Shown piece by piece: positions 7,932 through 18,007 of a stretch of 64,000 bases of DNA. The translations under genes were made by a program, and so were the position numbers. Position 1 is the stretch's first letter. Each line of letters starts with the position of its first letter. Source of the stretch: an uncultured Acidimicrobiaceae bacterium (GTDB taxonomy: Bacteria; Actinomycetota; Acidimicrobiia; Acidimicrobiales; Palsa-688); the NCBI GenBank assembly GCA_963754115.1, contig CAVWFC010000010.1, positions 403,245 through 467,244 of the forward strand, given 5' to 3'. The notes under the pieces are model-generated. The model did no database searches. It saw nothing but the letters and a program-made list of their open reading frames with translations, and was not told where the DNA came from.

Positions 7932-8942
7932 ATGCCGGCAGTAACCGTAACGGACATCCTCGTCCTCCCCCGGGTAACGGCTCCCGATCCGGGCACGGCC
8001 AGAGCGCGATCGGTGCGGTCGGTAACCACGGCTCCGAGCGGCCTGGAAGGCGAAGGGTTCCCGGTGCGCAGGGCCTTTGCCGGCGTAGCTCTTTCCGACC
8101 TCGACCCGTTCATCCACATGGACCAGATGGGCGAGGTCGACTACGGCCCGGGCGAGCCAAAAGGCACGCCGTGGCACCCTCACCGCGGGTTCGAGACCGT
8201 CACTTACATCATCGACGGGACGTTCGAGCACCAGGACTCCAACGGCGGTGGTGGTCGCATCACGGATGGTGACACGCAGTGGATGACGGCCGGGGCCGGG
8301 ATCCTCCATATCGAGGCGCCGCCCGAATCGTTGGTCGTTTCGGGGGGGCTTTTCCACGGCATCCAGCTGTGGGTGAACCTGCCCAGTGCAAACAAGTGGA
8401 ACCCTCCCCGTTACCAGGACATCCGCGGCAAGGAAGCCGCGCTGCTGACGACCGCAGACGGGGGGGTGCTCCTGCGGGTTATCGCCGGGCAAGTGGCTGG
8501 CTATGAGGGTCCCGGCTCGACTTTTACACCGATCACGATGGTGCACACGACCCTCAGCCCGGGCGCAGAGATGAAGCTGCCCTGGCGCCCGGAATTCAAC
8601 GCATTGGCGTACGTGCTTGCCGGTCGGGGGTACGCAGGGGAGGACCGGCGCCCGGTCCACACGGGCCAGCTGGCGGTATTCGGCACAGGTGACTTCGTCC
8701 AGTTCGGCGCTGACCGGGCCCAGGAAAGCGCCCGCCCCAACCTGGAAGTCTTGTTGCTCGGCGGCTTGCCCATTCGCGAGCCGGTTGTCCACTACGGCCC
8801 GTTCGTCATGAACACGAAAGACGAAATCCTTCAGGCCATGCAGGACTACCAGGCCGGTCGGTTGGGCCAAATCCCGGCGCGGGCCATTCCTCACCGCCAC
8901 CCCGGGGACGTCGAGCTACCCGCGGGGAGTGACCAGGGCTAG
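7932..8942 (+). CDS. pirin family protein
   Basis: HPHRGFETVTYIIDGTFEHQDSNGG...WMTAGAGILHIE bicupin signature. Good SD (taggaggaagcc) before the ATG. Confidence 0.9.
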   Translation: MPAVTVTDILVLPRVTAPDPGTARARSVRSVTTAPSGLEGEGFPVRRAFAGVALSDLDPFIHMDQMGEVDYGPGEPKGTPWHPHRGFETVTYIIDGTFEHQDSNGGGGRITDGDTQWMTAGAGILHIEAPPESLVVSGGLFHGIQLWVNLPSANKWNPPRYQDIRGKEAALLTTADGGVLLRVIAGQVAGYEGPGSTFTPITMVHTTLSPGAEMKLPWRPEFNALAYVLAGRGYAGEDRRPVHTGQLAVFGTGDFVQFGADRAQESARPNLEVLLLGGLPIREPVVHYGPFVMNTKDEILQAMQDYQAGRLGQIPARAIPHRHPGDVELPAGSDQG

Positions 8943-8995
8943 AGCCCGGGCGCGCCAGGCCAGCCAATGTCCTGGTCCGGGCGCTAGTGGTCCAA

Positions 8996-10108
8996 TCAGT
9001 CGGGGTTGGGGGTCACCACATCCCTGACCAGTCCGGCGAGGTCCGTACAGGCCTGCATAAACTGACGGAGGGTGCGCCGGGTAGGCCCGTAAGAGTCGAA
9101 CTCGTCGGTTGAGAGCCCGCCCTCTTCGTACGCCCGTCTGAAGTCGGGGAACCGGCGCATGAGGTCTGCCACGATCGCCTTGTCGACGGGACGGTCGATA
9201 CGGGCCTCAACGGGTATGTCGCTGGCATTGATGCGCACCTGCCAGGCGTGGGGCGGCGAGATGACCACGTCACCACCGATCAGCTCGCTCCAGTGGAAGT
9301 GGTTGCGGAACGCCGCGGAAAGCAGACGGGCACGGTAACCGCGTTCGGAGAAGATCTCGTAAGCCCGTTTGAACACGGCGACGCCGGGCCACTCGAGGTA
9401 CCCCGGATCGGTCAGTATGCCTTCCTTCTCGGCCACCACCTTGAGCCAGTCATCCAGGCGCCCGACCATGATCGTGCAGACAGGGCCCATGTTCAATGTG
9501 CTCTTGCCGTCGTCCTCCCGGCGCTTGAGCCCTCGTTCGACGGCTTCGGCCACCATCACGGCTTGCGGGACGGTGAAGCTCACCGTTGCGTTGACGCTTA
9601 TCCCCGCGTACGTAGCCTCCTCTATAGCGGGGATACCGGCTGCCGTAGCCGGTATCTTCACCAGCATGTTGTCGGCCAGCTCGTTGAAATGGGCGGCCTG
9701 TTGTAAAAGAGCCCCGGTATCCCGGTAGAAGCGAGGGTCCGTCTGGATGGAAAGGCGTCCATTTCGTCCCTTCGCCTGCTCGAAGATCGGTACGAGCAGA
9801 CGGGCGGCGCTCTTCGAAACCTCCTCCACGAGCATCCAGGCGATTTCGTCCTCGGTCGCCGCCGGATGCTGTTGTGCTAGCTCCGCCAGCCGCGGCATCC
9901 AGGTCGACATTTCCTGGCGGACCACGTTCAGCACGATCACCGGGTTGCACGTTGCGCCCACGGCTCCGTTATCAATGGCGTAGGCGAGCTCCGACGCAGA
10001 CGCCGAGTCGTTCCACAAGGACGTCGGCGTGGTCCGGGTCATTTGCTCGAGCGGGCTCTTGAAGTCGCCGCTACTGGCAGACTGTTTCATTTTCATCTCT
10101 CCTGCCAC
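8996..10108 (-). CDS. transaldolase family protein
   Basis: TSLWNDSAS...GATCNPVIV and the Schiff-base lysine context NMLVKIPAT, in a 370-aa intact ORF. Confidence 0.85.
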   Translation of the reverse strand: MAGEMKMKQSASSGDFKSPLEQMTRTTPTSLWNDSASASELAYAIDNGAVGATCNPVIVLNVVRQEMSTWMPRLAELAQQHPAATEDEIAWMLVEEVSKSAARLLVPIFEQAKGRNGRLSIQTDPRFYRDTGALLQQAAHFNELADNMLVKIPATAAGIPAIEEATYAGISVNATVSFTVPQAVMVAEAVERGLKRREDDGKSTLNMGPVCTIMVGRLDDWLKVVAEKEGILTDPGYLEWPGVAVFKRAYEIFSERGYRARLLSAAFRNHFHWSELIGGDVVISPPHAWQVRINASDIPVEARIDRPVDKAIVADLMRRFPDFRRAYEEGGLSTDEFDSYGPTRRTLRQFMQACTDLAGLVRDVVTPNPD

Positions 10109-10326
10109 CCTCGACTTACTCCAGGGTGATGAGTGCGAACCTATTCTGCGTTACGAGCAAGTGGTCGCCATGAGCGCCAAAATCGTTACGGGCAATGGCC
10201 CCGATATGGCCACACAGCGCCGGACAGGGAAGTGACCAGATGGACATGGCCAGATGGAGGTTCGCCAGACGGACATTTGACGTACCGTGAGTGCCAATAC
10301 CGTGAGTGACAGTAGGGGGGTTACCG

Positions 10327-11235
10327 ATGAACGCACCAACGGGCAGTGCGCTTGACCGTCTGGCCGGCGGGCCCATTTCGTGGGGGGTCTGCGAGGTCCC
10401 GGGTTGGGGTGTCATGCTGTCTCGCCAGCGCGTCCTTTCCGAGATGCGTGCGCTTGGCCTGAAGGCGACCGAGCTGGGCCCTCTCGGTTACCTGGGCGAC
10501 GAGCCGGGGGACATCCGCGCATTGCTCGACGGCTTTTCACTCGGTTGCGTGGGCGGCTTTGTGCCCCTCGCCCTCCATGACAGCGGTGCCAGGGAAGCTC
10601 TGGAACACGACGCCGAGAGCGCGGCCCACCTGCTCGAAGGAGCCGGCGGCACGTACTTCGTCACCGCGGCTGTGGTTGACGCCGGTTGGTCCGCCCCTTT
10701 TGAGCTCGATGGCCGCCAGTGGGACGACTTTGCCAGCGGCCTCGCCCTGGTAGACCGCGTCTGCGCCGAGCACGGGCTCTCCCAGGTCCTTCATCCCCAC
10801 GTCGGCACCCTCGTAGAGCGGGGGAACCACGTCGAGCAGGTCTTGCAACGCTCCCCGGTCCGGTGGTGCCTCGACACGGGCCACTTCGCCATCGGGGGCA
10901 TCGACCCCGTCTCGTTTGCCGAGCAGCACGCCGACGTGATCGACCTGGTCCACCTGAAGGATGTGGACCTGTCGCTCGGGGCCGCCGTACGGGAGCACAC
11001 GATGTCGTTGCTGGACGCAACGCGCGCGGGGATGTTCCGGGCGCTCGGGCGGGGCGACGTCGATATTGCCGCCGTTGTAGCGGCGCTGGAGTCCCGGGGT
11101 TACGACGGCTGGTACGTGCTGGAGCAGGACACGACCATCGCCGAGGCCGACGCCGGCGCGGTGGACCCCGCGGCCGACGTGAAGACGAGCATCGATTACC
11201 TGGCGACGGCGGTTGCCAGGACCGTCAGCGGTTGA
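10327..11235 (+). CDS. sugar phosphate isomerase/epimerase (xylose isomerase-like TIM barrel), IolE-like inosose dehydratase candidate
   Basis: HPHVGT, DTGH, VHLKDV and WYVLEQD motif order as in IolE-type TIM barrels. Adjacent to iolA and iolD. ATG 10327 has a G-rich SD (alternative GTG at 10306). Confidence 0.6.
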   Translation: MNAPTGSALDRLAGGPISWGVCEVPGWGVMLSRQRVLSEMRALGLKATELGPLGYLGDEPGDIRALLDGFSLGCVGGFVPLALHDSGAREALEHDAESAAHLLEGAGGTYFVTAAVVDAGWSAPFELDGRQWDDFASGLALVDRVCAEHGLSQVLHPHVGTLVERGNHVEQVLQRSPVRWCLDTGHFAIGGIDPVSFAEQHADVIDLVHLKDVDLSLGAAVREHTMSLLDATRAGMFRALGRGDVDIAAVVAALESRGYDGWYVLEQDTTIAEADAGAVDPAADVKTSIDYLATAVARTVSG

Positions 11236-11275
11236 CAGCCGTCAGCGTCTGACAGCCGTCAGCGGTTGACAGCCG

Positions 11276-12772
11276 TCAGCGGTTGACAGGGAACTGGTAC
11301 GAAGCGTCGGTCGGCCCCTTCGTGGCAGGCCAGCGTGATGTCACCACCTTGGCCCGGGTGTAAAAGGCGACGCCTTCGGGGCCGTGGACACGCCGCTCAC
11401 CGAACAACGAGTCCTTCCATCCCCCAAACGAGTAGTAGGCCATCGGCACGGGGATCGGGACGTTGATCCCGATCATGCCGACCTTCACGCCACGATGGAA
11501 CTTACGGGCTGCCTCGCCTGACGAGGTGAACAGGGCCGTGCCGTTGCCGTACTGGTTGGAGTTGACGAGCTCGATCGCCTCGTCCGCCGTCCGCACCCGG
11601 AGGACAGAGAGCACCGGCCCGAATATCTCGTCCCGGTAAACCTCCATGCCCGGAGTGACCTCGTCGATGATGGTTGGACCGACGAAAAACCCCTCCTCGT
11701 GGCCCGCCACGCGGATGCCCCTGCCGTCCAGGGCCAGGTTCGCACCGGCCCCGACGCTCCGGCCGATGTAACCGACGATGCGTTCCTTGGCCTCTCTTGT
11801 GATTACCGGGCCCATTTCGCTCTCCTCGTCACGGCCGGGGCCAACCCGTATGGCAGCCGCTTTGGCCCTGAGGGCATCGACAAAGGCGTCGCTGGCTCCC
11901 CCGACGCCTACCGCGGCCGACACCGCCATGCAGCGCTCTCCGGCCGAGCCGAACGCCGCCGCAACGACGTGGTCGGCGGCAAAGTCCAGGTCGGCGTCGG
12001 GGAGGACGACGGCGTGGTTCTTAGCTCCGCCCAGCGCCTGTACCCGCTTTCCGGCCGCACTGGCCCTGGAGTACACATATCGGGCTATGGCGGTCGAGCC
12101 GACGAAGGAAACCGCGGACACCGCGGGGTGGTCGAGGAGAGCGTCCACCGCTTGCTTGTCCCCGTTCACCACGTTGAAGACGCCGTCAGGAAGGCCCGCT
12201 TCCGCCCACAGTTCGGCGACGAGCTGAGATGCCGAAGGGTCGCGCTCGCTCGGCTTCAGCACAAAGGTGTTGCCGCAGGCGATAGCCACCGGGTGCATCC
12301 ACATCGGGACCATGGCGGGGAAGTTGAAAGGCGTGATCCCGCAAACGACGCCGAGGGGCTGGCGGTATGAGAACACGTCCACCCCGAGCGAGACCTGGTC
12401 TGAGTACTCACCCTTCAGAAGATGCGGTATCCCGCAAGCGAACTCCACCACCTCGAGACCACGCTGGACCTCCCCCCGGGCGTCGGAGATCACCTTCCCG
12501 TGCTCGTCGGCGATTACGCCGGCGAGGTCGTCGAGCCGACTGTTGACGAGTTCCCGGAAGGCAAACAGGACTTTGGCCCGGGTGCTGAGGGACGATTGCG
12601 ACCACTGTTCGAGAGCGTCGGCGGCTGAGCTAACCGCCGCATCTACGTCAGCCGGGTCGGCGAAGACGACTTCGGCCTGCTGGTGGCCGGTGGCCGGGTT
12701 GTAGACAGGGCCCCGTCGCTCCGAACCGCCCAGCGTTGGCTTGCCGCCGATCCAGTGCCCGATCGTCCTCAT
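11276..12772 (-). CDS. iolA: CoA-acylating methylmalonate-semialdehyde dehydrogenase
   Basis: Aldehyde dehydrogenase fold with the MmsA-type N-terminus (GHWIGGK...PVYNPATG) and an active-site Cys region. Start at ATG 12772, preceded by ggagga. Confidence 0.85.
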   Translation of the reverse strand: MRTIGHWIGGKPTLGGSERRGPVYNPATGHQQAEVVFADPADVDAAVSSAADALEQWSQSSLSTRAKVLFAFRELVNSRLDDLAGVIADEHGKVISDARGEVQRGLEVVEFACGIPHLLKGEYSDQVSLGVDVFSYRQPLGVVCGITPFNFPAMVPMWMHPVAIACGNTFVLKPSERDPSASQLVAELWAEAGLPDGVFNVVNGDKQAVDALLDHPAVSAVSFVGSTAIARYVYSRASAAGKRVQALGGAKNHAVVLPDADLDFAADHVVAAAFGSAGERCMAVSAAVGVGGASDAFVDALRAKAAAIRVGPGRDEESEMGPVITREAKERIVGYIGRSVGAGANLALDGRGIRVAGHEEGFFVGPTIIDEVTPGMEVYRDEIFGPVLSVLRVRTADEAIELVNSNQYGNGTALFTSSGEAARKFHRGVKVGMIGINVPIPVPMAYYSFGGWKDSLFGERRVHGPEGVAFYTRAKVVTSRWPATKGPTDASYQFPVNR

Positions 12773-12907
12773 GTTCTTTCCTCCGGTCTGGGGAACTGGC
12801 CCAAAAGCTGCCATGCCAAGAAGTGCCGCGATGCCAAAAGGGCGCGTTATGGGGCCCCGTTGGCAGCCGGTTGGCTCAGTGGCTGCTCATCCTAGGTAGG
12901 GTCGTGG

Positions 12908-14788
12908 TCATCCCAGGTAGGGCCGTTGCTGGACCTTGGCCGCTTCGTAAGACTTACGAGCCTGGACCGTGGGCTCGAGGCTGGCGACCGCCGCCACGGG
13001 TACGTCCCACCACGAGTCGCTCGAGGGAGCAGCGACGAGCGGGTCGGTCTCGATCTCGATGAGCACTGGACCGCGGGCCGACTTTGCCGACTCGAGCGCC
13101 GCTTTGAGCTCGTCCACGCTACACGTGCGGGTCGCCTTTACACCGAGGCTCTCTGCGTTCGCGATGAAGTCGATCGGGAGGGGATCCCCGTCGAGGCGGC
13201 CGGTCCCCGGGTCGCGGTAGCGGTACCACGTACCGAAGCGCTCAGACCCGACGGTGTCCGAGAGAAAGCCAATCGACGCGAACCCGTGGTTGTTCACCAG
13301 GATGATCGTCATCTTGACCCCTTCCTGGACGGCGGTAACCAGCTCCTGCGCCATCATCAGGTAGGACCCGTCTCCAACGAGCACGTAAATCTCGCGGTCG
13401 GGAGCGGCCAGCTTGGCCCCCAGGCCGCCCGCGATCTCGTAGCCCATGCAGGAGTAGCCGTACTCGACGTGGTAGCCCTTGGGGTCGCGGGTGCGCCACA
13501 GCTTGTGGAGATCGCCGGGCATCGACCCTGCCGCGCAGATCATTATGTCGCGCGGGCCGCTCAACTCATTGACGGCCCCGATCACCTCCGACTGGGCGGG
13601 CAGTGGGCTGTGCCCCAGGCGGTACGCCCGATCGACGGTGCTGTCCCATTCGTCGGCTAGCCGTCTTGACTCGTCTCTGAGAGACGGGTCGACCGACCAC
13701 CCCGAAAGGGCCTCCTTCAGTTGCACGAGGACCGTCCGGGCGTCGCCAACCACAGCGGTACCAGCCTGTTTGGCCGCGTCGAAGCGGGTGATGTTGCAGT
13801 TGACAAAGCGTACCCCGGGGTGGGCGAAGGCTGTCCTGGACGCCGTCGTGAAGTCGCTCCACCGGGTCCCGATCCCTACGACCACGTCGGCGGTCCTGGC
13901 CAGGGCGTTGGCGGCCGTCGAACCTGTAGCGCCGATCGCACCTACGGACTGGGGGTGGTCGTACGGGAGCGAACCCTTTCCGGCCTGGGTTTCCGCCACC
14001 GGGATCCCGGTTTGTTCGACGAACGTGCGCAGAGCCTCGGACGCCTCCGAATAGATGACTCCGCCTCCGGCCACAATGAGCGGGCGCCGCGCACGGCGCA
14101 ACACGTCGGCGGCGCGGGCCAGCGCGGTGGGATCGGGGACCGGCCGGTCCACGTGCCAGACGCGGTGCACGAACAGTTCCTCCGGCCAGTCGTACGCCTC
14201 AGCCTGGACGTCCTGGCACACGCAAACGGTCACCGCACCGGTCTCAGAGGGGTCGCTCAGCACCCGCATGGCGCCGAGCAGGGCGTCGGGCAGCTGCTCC
14301 GGCCTCTCCACCCTGTCGAAGAAGCGCGACACCGGACGGAAGGCGTCGTTTACCGATACGTCCCTGTAACCCATGTGCTCGAGCTGCTGGAGTACAGGGT
14401 CCGCGACCCGGGTGGCGAACACGTCCCCCGGCAGCAGGAGCACCGGTAGCCGGTTGACCGTGGCGACAGCCGCGCCGGTCACCATGTTGGTGGCACCCGG
14501 GCCGATGGAGGAGGTGCAGGCGAGCGTCGACAGCCGGTTGCGCACGCGGGCGAAGGCGACCGCCGCGAGGACCATCGACTGCTCGTTGCGCGCCTGGTGG
14601 TAGACCATCGCACCCGGTGTCTCGAGCTCGGCCTCCAGCAGAGCCTGGCCCAGGCCAGCGACGTTGCCGTGGCCGAAGATGCCAAAGCAACCCTCGACCA
14701 GACGGTGTTCGTCACCGTCACGCTCACTCCACTGCGCCGACAAGAAACGGACTGCCGCCTGGCCGACGGTGAGGCGGAGACTGGTCAT
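12908..14788 (-). CDS. iolD: 3D-(3,5/4)-trihydroxycyclohexane-1,2-dione acylhydrolase (TPP enzyme)
   Basis: N-terminus RLTVGQAAVRFLSAQW...GCFGIFGHGNVAGLGQALLE matches the IolD pattern. ~625 aa TPP-binding architecture. Start taken at the internal MTSLRL. Confidence 0.85.
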   Translation of the reverse strand: MTSLRLTVGQAAVRFLSAQWSERDGDEHRLVEGCFGIFGHGNVAGLGQALLEAELETPGAMVYHQARNEQSMVLAAVAFARVRNRLSTLACTSSIGPGATNMVTGAAVATVNRLPVLLLPGDVFATRVADPVLQQLEHMGYRDVSVNDAFRPVSRFFDRVERPEQLPDALLGAMRVLSDPSETGAVTVCVCQDVQAEAYDWPEELFVHRVWHVDRPVPDPTALARAADVLRRARRPLIVAGGGVIYSEASEALRTFVEQTGIPVAETQAGKGSLPYDHPQSVGAIGATGSTAANALARTADVVVGIGTRWSDFTTASRTAFAHPGVRFVNCNITRFDAAKQAGTAVVGDARTVLVQLKEALSGWSVDPSLRDESRRLADEWDSTVDRAYRLGHSPLPAQSEVIGAVNELSGPRDIMICAAGSMPGDLHKLWRTRDPKGYHVEYGYSCMGYEIAGGLGAKLAAPDREIYVLVGDGSYLMMAQELVTAVQEGVKMTIILVNNHGFASIGFLSDTVGSERFGTWYRYRDPGTGRLDGDPLPIDFIANAESLGVKATRTCSVDELKAALESAKSARGPVLIEIETDPLVAAPSSDSWWDVPVAAVASLEPTVQARKSYEAAKVQQRPYLG

Positions 14789-14954
14789 TGCACCTCCTGT
14801 CCCGGTTTCCCCTTCTCGTCCTCGGCGTACCGGTCCTGGAGGCAATGTCCCCCACAACCCTTCAGTGCGGCCCGAGGCGAAGGATTCTCGCGCCAGCGGA
14901 CCGGCGGGTCAAGCGCTCTGTATCAGATCCTGGCTGGCAGTTCTCTTAGGGCGC

Positions 14955-15446
14955 GTGGCATCACAACCAGAGACGTTGCTCGGCCGTGCGTTGGAGCGGG
15001 CGCGTATCGACCTGGCTCCTGGCAAGCCGCAGCCCACAGCCGGTCGCCTGCTGTTGGCGACGCTGGCCGCAGTGGCGGGGTCACTGTTGGCCGACGCCTT
15101 GCTTATAGCTATCGGGACCGCGGTGTGGCCCGCGACCAGGGGTTACCCGCATTTCCAGTTCGGCGACTACGCGAAGTTGACCATTGTCGGCGTGATCATC
15201 GCCTGTGCCGCGTGGCCCGTCGTTACCCGCATTACGAATAGCCCGCGCTGGCTCTTTTTGCGAATGGCAGTCGTCGTAACGCTGGTCCTGTGGTTGCCGG
15301 ACCTTTACATCCTGGCCAAGGGCCAACCGGCGCAGGCGGTGGCCGTGCTCATGGCCATGCACCTTGCCATTGCCCTCCTCACGTACAGCGTGCTCGTACG
15401 GGTGGCGGCTGTGCCGGAGCGTGTCCTCCAGCACAGCACGCCCTAG
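14955..15446 (+). CDS. small 4-TM membrane protein (DUF6069-like)
   Basis: Four hydrophobic helices in the last ~150 aa of ORF 14664..15446. The upstream part overlaps iolD and is Arg/Pro-rich, so a GTG (14955) or TTG (14976) start is assumed. Confidence 0.5.
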   Translation: MASQPETLLGRALERARIDLAPGKPQPTAGRLLLATLAAVAGSLLADALLIAIGTAVWPATRGYPHFQFGDYAKLTIVGVIIACAAWPVVTRITNSPRWLFLRMAVVVTLVLWLPDLYILAKGQPAQAVAVLMAMHLAIALLTYSVLVRVAAVPERVLQHSTP

Positions 15447-15462
15447 AGGATCCCTAGCGGAT

Positions 15463-16926
15463 TTAGTACCCGGAGCCGCTCGATGCGGTGGTGGTGGTAG
15501 TCGGAGCCATTGTCGTAGTGGTCGTGCCACTGGTCGTCGTGGTGGTCCCGCTCGTTGTAGTCGTAGTCGCTTTGGTAGTGGGAGTGGTGCTCGACGACTT
15601 GGCTACCGAGCCCGCCGCCGTGAGTAACTGCCAGGTGCCCCCGAAGGCAGTTATCCCGGCGCCCACGGTGGAGGTGTTGAGGCCTTTGAAGAAGAGGTAC
15701 AGAGGATGGCCGTTGTAGGTCACCTGGAAGCTCCCATCCGGGCGCTGCACCGTCCCGAGCTTGGAGCCCGTGACGCCGGCGCCGGCCACACAAGGCTGGC
15801 TCGTGAGCACTGGCGGCCAAGCGATAGCACACTCGCCGGTGCAGCTGTTACCCGTGAAGGCGTAGACCGTGGCGCTGGCCTTGTCGGCGCCCGCCATGGC
15901 CAAAATCTCGCCTGAGGAGGAAGCCTCGAGCTTCACCTGCGCCGCTCCTGAGGAAACGAAACCTTCGGGCGACAGGCTGTACCACAGGCCTTTGGCCGTC
16001 GGGTCGAGGACGTTGTTGCCCGATACCGTTCCTTGGGCCAGCCCGGAGGCGAGGTCAAAGGCGAACATGTAAAGGGGATGGCCCTTGAAAGTTACCTGCG
16101 TGGTGCCGTCGGGGCGGTGCAACAGACCAAGCTCGGAGGCACTGACACCCGGTCCGGCCGCGGCGGGGCCATTGGTCAGCAGAGCGGGCCAAAAGGCCAG
16201 GCAGGAGCCGGTGCACGCGCTGGCCGTGGGGGAGTCGGACGACAGGGCGTACAGCGGCCGCCCGGCTCCGAAGGCAGTGGTCGTGTTGAGGATCAATCCC
16301 GCGGAGGAAACCTCGATCCCGACCTTGGCCTGGCTGGCGGCCGGGTGGCCGGTTGTCGAGACCAATCGCCAAAAGCCGTCAAAGGAGGTCACGTTCTGAC
16401 CGTTTGTCTGCCCGGCCGCCTTGTCCCCGACGAAGTAGTAGAGCGGCTGGCCGAAGTAGGTCTCCTGTTCCCCGGCGCCTTTCCGGTTCACCACGCCCAG
16501 GCTCTTGGCGCTGACGCCGGCTCCGGCAGTCACGGAGCTGCTACCAGGGACAGCTGGCCACGCCGCCAGGCAGGCCGCCGATGTGCAGGCGGTGGCGGGC
16601 GAGAGGTCGCCGCTGAACACGTAGAGGGAGTAGCCGCTCGAGTCGACCAGGATCGTGCCTTCTGGGCTCGAGTGGCTCGAGATCGTGATGGCGGCCGCTT
16701 GCGCTGGAGAAGAGGCCACAACCGACCCCACTTGTAGAAGTCCCGTCAGCGCCGCCACGGATGCGACGGCTACGGCAGCGGACGCCGGTTTGCGCGAGAG
16801 CTTCCCGCCTCCGAAGCGCCCGAGCAGCCCTTTCCCGTAATGCCACTTTTCGTTCCGGCACTTCTCGCTGTGCCCTTCTGCGTTCGCCGTACCCGCCGAG
16901 GGACGCGTCGGTAGGAACCTGCGCAT
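15463..16926 (-). CDS. secreted repeat protein (COG4315 / PF03640-type Yx(FWY)xxD repeats) with Thr-rich C-terminal tail
   Basis: Signal-like N-terminus and three repeats of the type [10 protein letters not shown] / [10 protein letters not shown] / [10 protein letters not shown] with conserved Cys pairs. C-terminal [12 protein letters not shown] tract. Strong SD (aaggagg) before ATG 16926. Confidence 0.7.
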   Translation of the reverse strand: MRRFLPTRPSAGTANAEGHSEKCRNEKWHYGKGLLGRFGGGKLSRKPASAAVAVASVAALTGLLQVGSVVASSPAQAAAITISSHSSPEGTILVDSSGYSLYVFSGDLSPATACTSAACLAAWPAVPGSSSVTAGAGVSAKSLGVVNRKGAGEQETYFGQPLYYFVGDKAAGQTNGQNVTSFDGFWRLVSTTGHPAASQAKVGIEVSSAGLILNTTTAFGAGRPLYALSSDSPTASACTGSCLAFWPALLTNGPAAAGPGVSASELGLLHRPDGTTQVTFKGHPLYMFAFDLASGLAQGTVSGNNVLDPTAKGLWYSLSPEGFVSSGAAQVKLEASSSGEILAMAGADKASATVYAFTGNSCTGECAIAWPPVLTSQPCVAGAGVTGSKLGTVQRPDGSFQVTYNGHPLYLFFKGLNTSTVGAGITAFGGTWQLLTAAGSVAKSSSTTPTTKATTTTTSGTTTTTSGTTTTTMAPTTTTTASSGSGY

Positions 16927-16954
16927 AGACCTGGCCTCCTTTTAGTCACTCCGC

Positions 16955-16971
16955 GCAAGAACTGTTCTTGC
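16955..16971 (-). terminator. short hairpin downstream of ppk2 (gcaagaa-ctg-ttcttgc)
   Basis: 7-bp perfect stem and 3-nt loop between the ppk2 stop and the next gene's SD. No U-tract, so weak as an intrinsic terminator. Confidence 0.3.
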
Positions 16972-17044
16972 CTTCAGCTGACCTACGGGCGACCGGTCGA
17001 AAGGGATCTCTGTCCGCAAGGGATCTCCGGTCGAAAGGGACCTC

Positions 17045-18007
17045 TCAGCGAGACGTAGAGGCGAGCTCAACCCTCGGGGAACCGGGGGATTCCCCGTGTT
17101 CGTAGACCTCCGAGGCCGGCCCGACGATGAGCGGGTCCGGCGAGGCGACGATGTCCTCGTCTTTGTTCGGGTAGTCGAACAGGTTCAGGACATACCGCAT
17201 GGCCCCGATCCGTGCCCGCTTCTTGTCGTTGCTCTTGATGACGGTCCATGGTGACCAGGTGGTGTCCGTCAGCCTGAACATGGCCTCTTTGGCCGCGGTG
17301 TAGTCGTCCCACCGGTCAAGCGAGGCCAGGTCGGTCGGTGAAAGCTTCCACTGCCTGACGGGGTCGATACGCCTGATCAGGAACCTCGTGCGCTGTTCGG
17401 AACGCGACACCGAGAACCAGAACTTGATGACCGCCATGCCGTCGTCTGTCAGCAGGCGCTCGAATTCCGGCGCCTGCTTTACGAACAGCCGGTACTCGCC
17501 CTCGCTGCAGAAGCCCATCACCCGCTCTACGCCGGCGCGGTTGTACCACGAGCGGTCGAACAGCACCATCTCACCTGCCGACGGGAGGTGCTCGATGTAG
17601 CGCTGGAAGTACCACTCGCCCCGCTCGTGTTCGCTGGGCTTTTCCAGCGCGACGACGGTTGACCCGCGCGGGTTGAGGTGCTCGGTGAAACGCTTGATGG
17701 TGCCACCCTTGCCCGCCGCGTCCCGGCCCTCGAACAGGATGACAATGCGCTTGCCGTTGTCCTTCACCCAGTTCTGGAGCTTCAGCAGCTCGATCTGGAG
17801 CGCCCGTTTCACGGCTTCGTAATCGGGCCTCGGCATGCGGTCCTCGTATGGATAACCCTCGCGCCACGTGTCGACCAGCCGGCCGTCCGCCCAGCGCAGT
17901 ACCGGCTCGTCCTCGTCGTCGGTCTCGTCGAGGGTCAGCTCGTCGAGGTGCTGGGACAAGTCAACGTCCAGGTCCAGAGGGACGACGTAGTCCTTTTTGG
18001 CGCTCAC
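17045..18007 (-). CDS. ppk2: polyphosphate kinase 2
   Basis: ILFEGRDAAGKGGTIKRF (Walker A) and FDRSWYNRAGVERVMGF (PPK2 lid motif). GTG start. Confidence 0.9.
   Translation of the reverse strand: MSAKKDYVVPLDLDVDLSQHLDELTLDETDDEDEPVLRWADGRLVDTWREGYPYEDRMPRPDYEAVKRALQIELLKLQNWVKDNGKRIVILFEGRDAAGKGGTIKRFTEHLNPRGSTVVALEKPSEHERGEWYFQRYIEHLPSAGEMVLFDRSWYNRAGVERVMGFCSEGEYRLFVKQAPEFERLLTDDGMAVIKFWFSVSRSEQRTRFLIRRIDPVRQWKLSPTDLASLDRWDDYTAAKEAMFRLTDTTWSPWTVIKSNDKKRARIGAMRYVLNLFDYPNKDEDIVASPDPLIVGPASEVYEHGESPGSPRVELASTSR

Noticed and set aside
16989-17044. Direct repeats ccggtcgaaagggatctc / ccggtcgaaagggacctc just downstream of the ppk2 stop
   Set aside because: There are only two imperfect copies in a short 3' UTR, with no structural or coding rationale. 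Noted, but not considered significant on its own.
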